Origin: Candidatus Hydrogenedentota bacterium
Lineage (GTDB): Bacteria; Hydrogenedentota; Hydrogenedentia; Hydrogenedentales; SLHB01
Direction of reading: 5' to 3'
Length of the DNA stretch: 64,000 bases
Assembly: GCA_963745075.1 (NCBI GenBank)
Contig: CAVUWV010000009.1
Span: forward strand, 128,001 to 192,000
Below the pieces are notes generated by a model. The model saw nothing but the letters and a program-made list of their open reading frames with translations, did not search any database and had not been told where the DNA came from. This document shows positions 58,429 through 64,000 of the stretch, in pieces; position 1 is the stretch's first letter, and each line of letters starts with the position of its first letter. Position numbers and translations under genes: made by a program.

Positions 58429-59093
58429 ACGATACGCTCCTCCCAGTGACCCTGTACTCTACTGGTTCCCGATGGGTCGTGCAACTCGGGGAACGCTTGT
58501 GAGGCATATGGCCGCAACTTCTCGCAGCAGACGCAAACTGCAACAACCGGGTCTTACAAAGGGGGAGGAACGAACAACGTTCGCGTTTCAATTGTCCTTC
58601 ATGTTTGCGAACAAGGCCCGCATTTCGTGTAACACGCCGCTGATTCGGCTGTATCATGCACAGTACGGGGATACGGAGTGCGAGGGCGTACCACCTCAAT
58701 CACCGAGAATCTCCACATCCGAACGCGGATCTGGCAGGTAAACATAGGTTGAAGGATCACAGAGTAACGAAAGGAGATTGGTTACAATGCTTCCAACACA
58801 ACTTTGCGACATTCTGACGCAGCTTTTCGGCGCGCTGGTGGGCATTCCCGTGATCGGCGGGTTCTTCGAGCGTCTGCTGGGAATTCTGGACCAGTATTGC
58901 CCGGACGAACAGGTTTAGCAGTCCTTCCGAGAGTAGTACACGACTTGACGCGGGGCAGGTTGTACCGCCTGCTCCGCGCCGCTGTTTTCGGTTCCATCAT
59001 CGTGGTGATACGCGTGCCGATTCCGTATCATGACTCCGTGGGCCAAGTTCCTTCATAACTTGCGAGGGCGTGGCTGGCTCTTGCTTCCAGACG

Positions 59094-59498
59094 GTGATTC
59101 GGGTGCTTAGACTCCTCGACATCGCGTTTCTCGTTGCACACTCCGCACTCATTCTTTTCAATCTGTTCGGCTGGATCTGGCCACGCACGCGACGCCTTCA
59201 CCTGCTGTCTCTGGTTCTGACGCTCGGATCCTGGTTCGGATTGGGGCTTTGGTACGGCTACGGATATTGTCCACTTACCGATTGGCACTGGCGAATTCGT
59301 GAACGAATGGGCGATACGGACTTGCCCTACTCGTATTTACAATTTCTCGCAGCACAGCTCACAGGGATACATGTGAGCGCCCGCGCCGCGGACGTTGCGG
59401 CCGGTCTCGCAGTCGCCATCGTCTTGCCCTTGTCCGTCTTTCTTAACGTTCGGGACTTCATCCGGTTGCGCAAAGGCAGTCAGTGCGACCCTTCGTAA
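59094..59498 (+). CDS. DUF2784-family membrane protein
   Basis: HSALILFNLFGW, YCPLTDWHWRIR. Confidence 0.8.
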   Translation: MIRVLRLLDIAFLVAHSALILFNLFGWIWPRTRRLHLLSLVLTLGSWFGLGLWYGYGYCPLTDWHWRIRERMGDTDLPYSYLQFLAAQLTGIHVSARAADVAAGLAVAIVLPLSVFLNVRDFIRLRKGSQCDPS

Positions 59499-59579
59499 CC
59501 GTCGCGAACTTCATCCGCACCGTTGTTGTCGGGTACAATATGCCGCACACCGCTTGGGAAAGGAGTCTTGGGAAGCACG

Positions 59580-60176
59580 ATGGATGCATTTACGCGCGCG
59601 TGGCGCAATTGGAACCACGCAAGGAAGTTCGCAAAACTGGGCAAAGGGTGCCGGTTCCTGGGGCGCGATCTGGAATTGGAGGGTCACGTCGAACTCGGCG
59701 ATTACTGCCGCGTGCGCGAAGCGGTGAAGCTTCGTGCGCGACCCGATGCCAAGATCGTCATCGGCAACCGCTGCTTGATCAGTTGGAACGCCATTATCGA
59801 GTGCGGCGAGCTGGTCGAGATTCACGATCAAGTCGGGATCGCTGAATACTCCGTTATCCGCGACGGCACTCATCTGATTTACGGCACCGAAGCCAACTGG
59901 CGGTTCACACCCAATTACTTCGAGCCGGTGATCATTGAGGAAAGCGCGTGGATCGGGAGTGGCGCTTACGTATCCAAGGGCGTCCGAATCGGGAAAGGCG
60001 CCGTGATCGGCGTGGGAAGTGTCGTCACGCGAGACGTGCCCCCTTTCGAAGTATGGGTCGGGGCGCCCGCGCGGTTTCTCCGTCATCGAATTGACGACCT
60101 TCCCGCCGAACTCGAGGATCTCGCCAAACGGCTGCTGCAGGAACAGGGCATTAAAGAAGACCGGCGAGACTATTAG
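59580..60176 (+). CDS. Hexapeptide-repeat (LbH) acyltransferase
   Basis: PVIIEESAWIGSGAYVSKGVRIGKGAVIGVGSVVTRDVP...GAPAR. Confidence 0.9.
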   Translation: MDAFTRAWRNWNHARKFAKLGKGCRFLGRDLELEGHVELGDYCRVREAVKLRARPDAKIVIGNRCLISWNAIIECGELVEIHDQVGIAEYSVIRDGTHLIYGTEANWRFTPNYFEPVIIEESAWIGSGAYVSKGVRIGKGAVIGVGSVVTRDVPPFEVWVGAPARFLRHRIDDLPAELEDLAKRLLQEQGIKEDRRDY

Positions 60177-60178
60177 CG

Positions 60179-60892
60179 ATGGCCGTTCAAGCAATCACCT
60201 TCGACTTCTGGCGCACGCTGTTTCACGATCCCGAGCCTCCGGTACGGCGCCGGGAAATCCGGGCCGAGGCGCTCGTGCAAGCGGCCGGCACGTCGATGGA
60301 GCTGGCGTTGGACGCCCTGCGCCAGGCCGAGTACGAGTTTCTTCAGTATCACATTCAGAATCAGCGCACGTTGGGACCGCCGGATGCGTTGCGTATGGTT
60401 TCGGACACGTTAGGTCTGCATCTGGACCGCCGCCAACAGGCTGAATTGGCGCGTATCTTCGGCGAAGCTATCCTGGACGATCCGCCCATACCCATTCCCG
60501 GCGCGCTCGATGCGGTGGAAGCCGCCGCGGCGCGAATGCCCGTTGGCGTTATCTCCGATTCCGGGATCAGTCCAGGAAGCTCCTTGCGCCAATTGCTGCA
60601 CCGTCATGGTTTCACGGAATACTTCGGCGCGCTCGCATTCTCTGACGAGGTGGGCGTCGCCAAACCGCAAGCGCGGATGTTTCACACCGCCGCCGAAGGG
60701 TTGTCGGTCGATGCCTCCGCATTACTACACATCGGCGATCTCGAGATGACCGACATCGCGGGGGCGAAAGCGGTGGGCGCTCGATCCGCGCTCTTTGCGG
60801 GCGACAATCGCCGGCATATTCATGAGTCCGCCGCCGACTACACCTTTTCGGCGTGGACGGAATTCATCGCGGTATTACCCGAGATTCGATAA
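60179..60892 (+). CDS. HAD-superfamily hydrolase
   Basis: FDFWRTL, ISDS, KP, HIGDLEMTD. Confidence 0.9.
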   Translation: MAVQAITFDFWRTLFHDPEPPVRRREIRAEALVQAAGTSMELALDALRQAEYEFLQYHIQNQRTLGPPDALRMVSDTLGLHLDRRQQAELARIFGEAILDDPPIPIPGALDAVEAAAARMPVGVISDSGISPGSSLRQLLHRHGFTEYFGALAFSDEVGVAKPQARMFHTAAEGLSVDASALLHIGDLEMTDIAGAKAVGARSALFAGDNRRHIHESAADYTFSAWTEFIAVLPEIR

Positions 60893-60923
60893 GCCGGGCG
60901 ACGGTCCAGTCCCCGCGATTCCC

Positions 60924-63900
60924 TCAAACGACGACAACGTTCAGGCTCTCACCGCTTTCGAGCCGGACGGGTTGCTTCAGCGTGACTAGCAAGCGGCCAG
61001 ACTCGAATTGGTGACGGCTGTCGATTGCCTTCCCTGCCGTCGTTACGTTCACGTTGCGCGGCTGCTTTGCCGTCGCGAATGACAGCGTCTGCACGTTAAG
61101 TGTGCCGCGCTTCAACTCAATTGCCGTGTCCAGACCCGAGTTCGTGGCGGTTTGTCGGTACGTACCCCAGCCTTCGGCGCTCGTGAATGCGGCCTTGAAC
61201 GTCTCGGGCGTAAGTCGCGGCGCGAATCCTATGTGACCCTTGGGCCCGTGGTATTCGAAACCGCACGCGGCAAGAAAGACGCCATAGCTTGCCATCGAGC
61301 GCGCGTAGTGGTCGCCGCACTCGACCTCGTTCCAGGGGTTACGCCGTACTGCCTCGTACCGATCGTGTACGGCGCGCGTGACGGCCAGCCCCTCCTGCAC
61401 CAAGCCTTCCCAGATCATGTGTCCGGCGGCCTGATACTCAAACCCATTCATGCATTCATTAAAATACCCCGCGGCCCAGTTCGGTCCTTTGCCCTTGGCG
61501 TTGTCGTAGTCCCAGTCCGCTCGGGGGAACGTGCACATCAGCAAGCCCGCCTCCCCGGCATCGCATACCAACGCCCCGGCGCGTTCGCTTCGCGGTAAGG
61601 CCCGACGTTGGGCGTGAAGTTGTAGCGCCACAGCGCATGCAGCGCCGACACGGTCTCCTTCTCCGGGAATACCCGGCCCAGCCCGACCTGCCACGCCCAA
61701 CTCTGGCCCAGCACTTGATCGATTTCGCAGCCGCTTCCGGAGTTAATCGCCTCGGGGTGTCGCGGGTCCGGCTTGTTAATGAAGTACTCGCCGTCGAACA
61801 ATTGCGCGACGAGATTCCGCTGTCCGCTCTCGAAGATCATCCGGCACCGCTTCGCGAACTCCTTGTCCCCGGCCTCGTGTGCCATTTCTTCGGCGGCCCG
61901 CAATGCGGCGAGGTACAGACCGCTCAACCACGCCACAGGGCCGTACCAATCCGCGTCCAATGTGTTGTGCTGGTTGCTCTCGATGATGCCGTCGCCATTG
62001 GCGTCCTTATCGATCAACCACCCCGTCGCCCGCTTGATGTTCGGCCAGTTCTTCCGCAGAAACGCGTCATCCGCCGACATCTGATGTTCCCGGTAGGCCC
62101 GTAGAATCGTGCCTGCCTGGCCGTCAACGGCCGGCACCTTGTTGAACTCGCCGCGGAAGTGGATGCTGCCATCCGGTTGGAGCGCCAGGCCGAAGTCCAC
62201 GCGTTCGCGGGTCTCACGTTCCAATGGCGGAAACAATCGCGCCACCGCGTGCGCGTACTGCCAAACGTGTTCGCAGGTTCCCGGACAGCAGCCGACGCCT
62301 TCCCAACCGTAGAAGCGGCCGTCTTTGAACCGGTGACACGTCGATGAGGCCAGAATAGATGCGTTCAGCAACGTGCGGTCCAGAAACCAGTAGGGGAGGG
62401 TAGAGTCGTACCACGTGTCGCGCCACAGCCGGGTCTCGCTCGACAGGCGGTCATAGTTGTCGTTGACGTATTGCGCGACCGCGGCCGCCGAAGAGAAGCG
62501 CGTCGCGTACCAGCGCCCGCCCGGCAACTTGTCCATCGTCAGGTTGGGGAAGTGCCAGGCCAGGACAAACGCGACGGTTGCAGACTGGCCTGCGTCCAAG
62601 GTCAGCGTGCGGCCGATTTCACCAACCAACGGTTCGCCCCGCGGCGCGGTGACATCGCCGGAGACCCGCTCGGGCGGTTCGCCCAATAGCCCGATTCCCA
62701 TGGTTCCAAAGTCCGGCATCTCTTCCAGATCGCCGGTTTCCAGAGGTTCGTCGCTGAAGGTGATTTTGCCGACCCCGATATTCCCCCAGCCGCCGGTCTC
62801 GGCGTCCACAATCTCGATAGCGGCTTCTTGGCCCATCAGGCCGCTCACGTCGAAGCCTTGGAGTGTCATCCGGTTGTCGGCTTGGCCGGTGGCCGTGCAC
62901 ACCACCTTCCCGTCGACGACCAGATTCAGGCAGGTCTTCCCTTCGTGATTACCGCCGCCGATCCAGAACTTGATAAACCGGCGCTCGATCGTGAATGGAC
63001 GGCTTGTCAGCTTGCCGGTTTCGGCGTCTTTCCCGCCGACGTTCCCGCCGGGTGCGGCGGCGTGCGAATTAACGACTCGTTCGGTGTCGCCGCCCACGTC
63101 TCCCTGATACTCGGGTATCGCCGTCTTGGGGATTGGTCCGGCGCCGAACGCGGTACCCTCCACCTTCCAGCCGTCATAATTCTCATTGTCCCAATCCTCG
63201 AAAACCACGTCGGGTCGCGGCGAATCTGTGGAAAGGTCGCTCTTCTTCACCGAACATTCGATGAACGTGAGCCCGCCGGTGCGCACGATTCGGTTGCGGC
63301 GTTGGCCGGCCCGCGCTCGATGATAGAGACAAACCGCGTTCTCTAAATGTCCCGTCAGTTCCACGTTGAGTGCTTCAGCGCTGGTGTTCTTGACGGTGAA
63401 TTGCATGATCGTAACTGGCAGGCTGGAATCATCAACGTCGAGCGGGATGAAGGGCGAATACGCTTCTAAAGAGACTTCAGCCGGTACCGCCGGGTCGCGA
63501 TATTCGACCAGGCCGATGGGATACTCGCCACGGAAGCGCACATCGGCAAAACCGGAGCGGTCCAATGCGTGCGTGCGGTCTCCAATCTTAAACACGAAGC
63601 CCTGCTCCACGGGCGACGCGGGCTCCATCGGCTGGGCGTAATGCTCGGAACCGGTCTTGCCGGGCCGATTGAATATGTCCCAGTGCCACAACGTCCCATC
63701 GCCGCCCAGGTAAAGTTGTCCGGCGCAAATCCCTCCAACCGGCATGCCGATATACTTCAACTCCTCCCCCCGATAAACCGTCGGCGTGCCCCGAGCGAAC
63801 AAGGACTTGACCCAGTCAGCGTCCAGTTTCTTGTCCGCAGGCACGAGCTTCTCGAAGTCCGCGTTCTCGAACGGCCCCGCCATAACCGGCAATTGGGAAG

Positions 63901-63955
63901 CCAGAATCGCCAACGCGCCACCACCGGCGGCCTTGACAAACGTGCGCCGGTCCAT
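60924..63955 (-). CDS. GH116-family glycoside hydrolase with a Tat signal, frameshifted near 61555; may start beyond the window
   Basis: DRRTFVK; IGMPVGGI, YSPFIP, FYGWEG, HNTLD, RNPWNEVECGDHYARSM; frame open upstream to the window edge. Confidence 0.87.
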
Positions 63956-64000
63956 GGAACAACCGCAGGCCGGTGTGCACTTGCCGGAACTTCGGGGAAC

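Noticed and set aside
58429..59090. Long intergenic region with short ORFs (58782-59000, 58804-59058)
   Set aside because: No recognisable protein motifs, RNA family or repeats; treated as a divergent promoter region
61538..61560. Programmed frameshift or selenocysteine readthrough at the split genes
   Set aside because: No slippery heptamer or SECIS-like context; breaks are frame changes at short runs, typical of sequencing error
1..64000. rRNA, tRNA, prophage, defence systems, reverse transcriptase/DGR
   Set aside because: No diagnostic motifs or genes recognised by eye

Overview
GC-rich bacterial chromosomal window, mostly housekeeping and envelope genes. The gene styles suggest Ca. Hydrogenedentes or a PVC-like lineage (inference only). 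It contains a cell-wall cluster (amidase-GerMN-murI-divergent polysaccharide deacetylase-tsaD-pilT), a giant membrane-anchored ECF sigma factor interrupted near its 3' end by a full-length IS481-family element (6-bp TSD, doubled terminal repeats, structured 3' non-coding segment), a PEPCK-like DUF4914 enzyme and an EPS glycosyltransferase cluster. Further along are a DUF2892/MMPL/LolA-like/outer-membrane-barrel operon with sigma54+IHF control and a peptide repeat shared by its inner- and outer-membrane parts, a DnaA-box cluster (oriC candidate), a second PilT-like ATPase and MltD. The last third holds an HGSNAT-like/GT-C-like/GH42-like-nitrilase fusion cluster, a sugar ABC transporter and a GH116. 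Four genes carry 1-nt frameshifts that look like assembly errors. No rRNA, tRNA or CRISPR array was seen. All family calls come from motif recognition by eye; no database searches were run.
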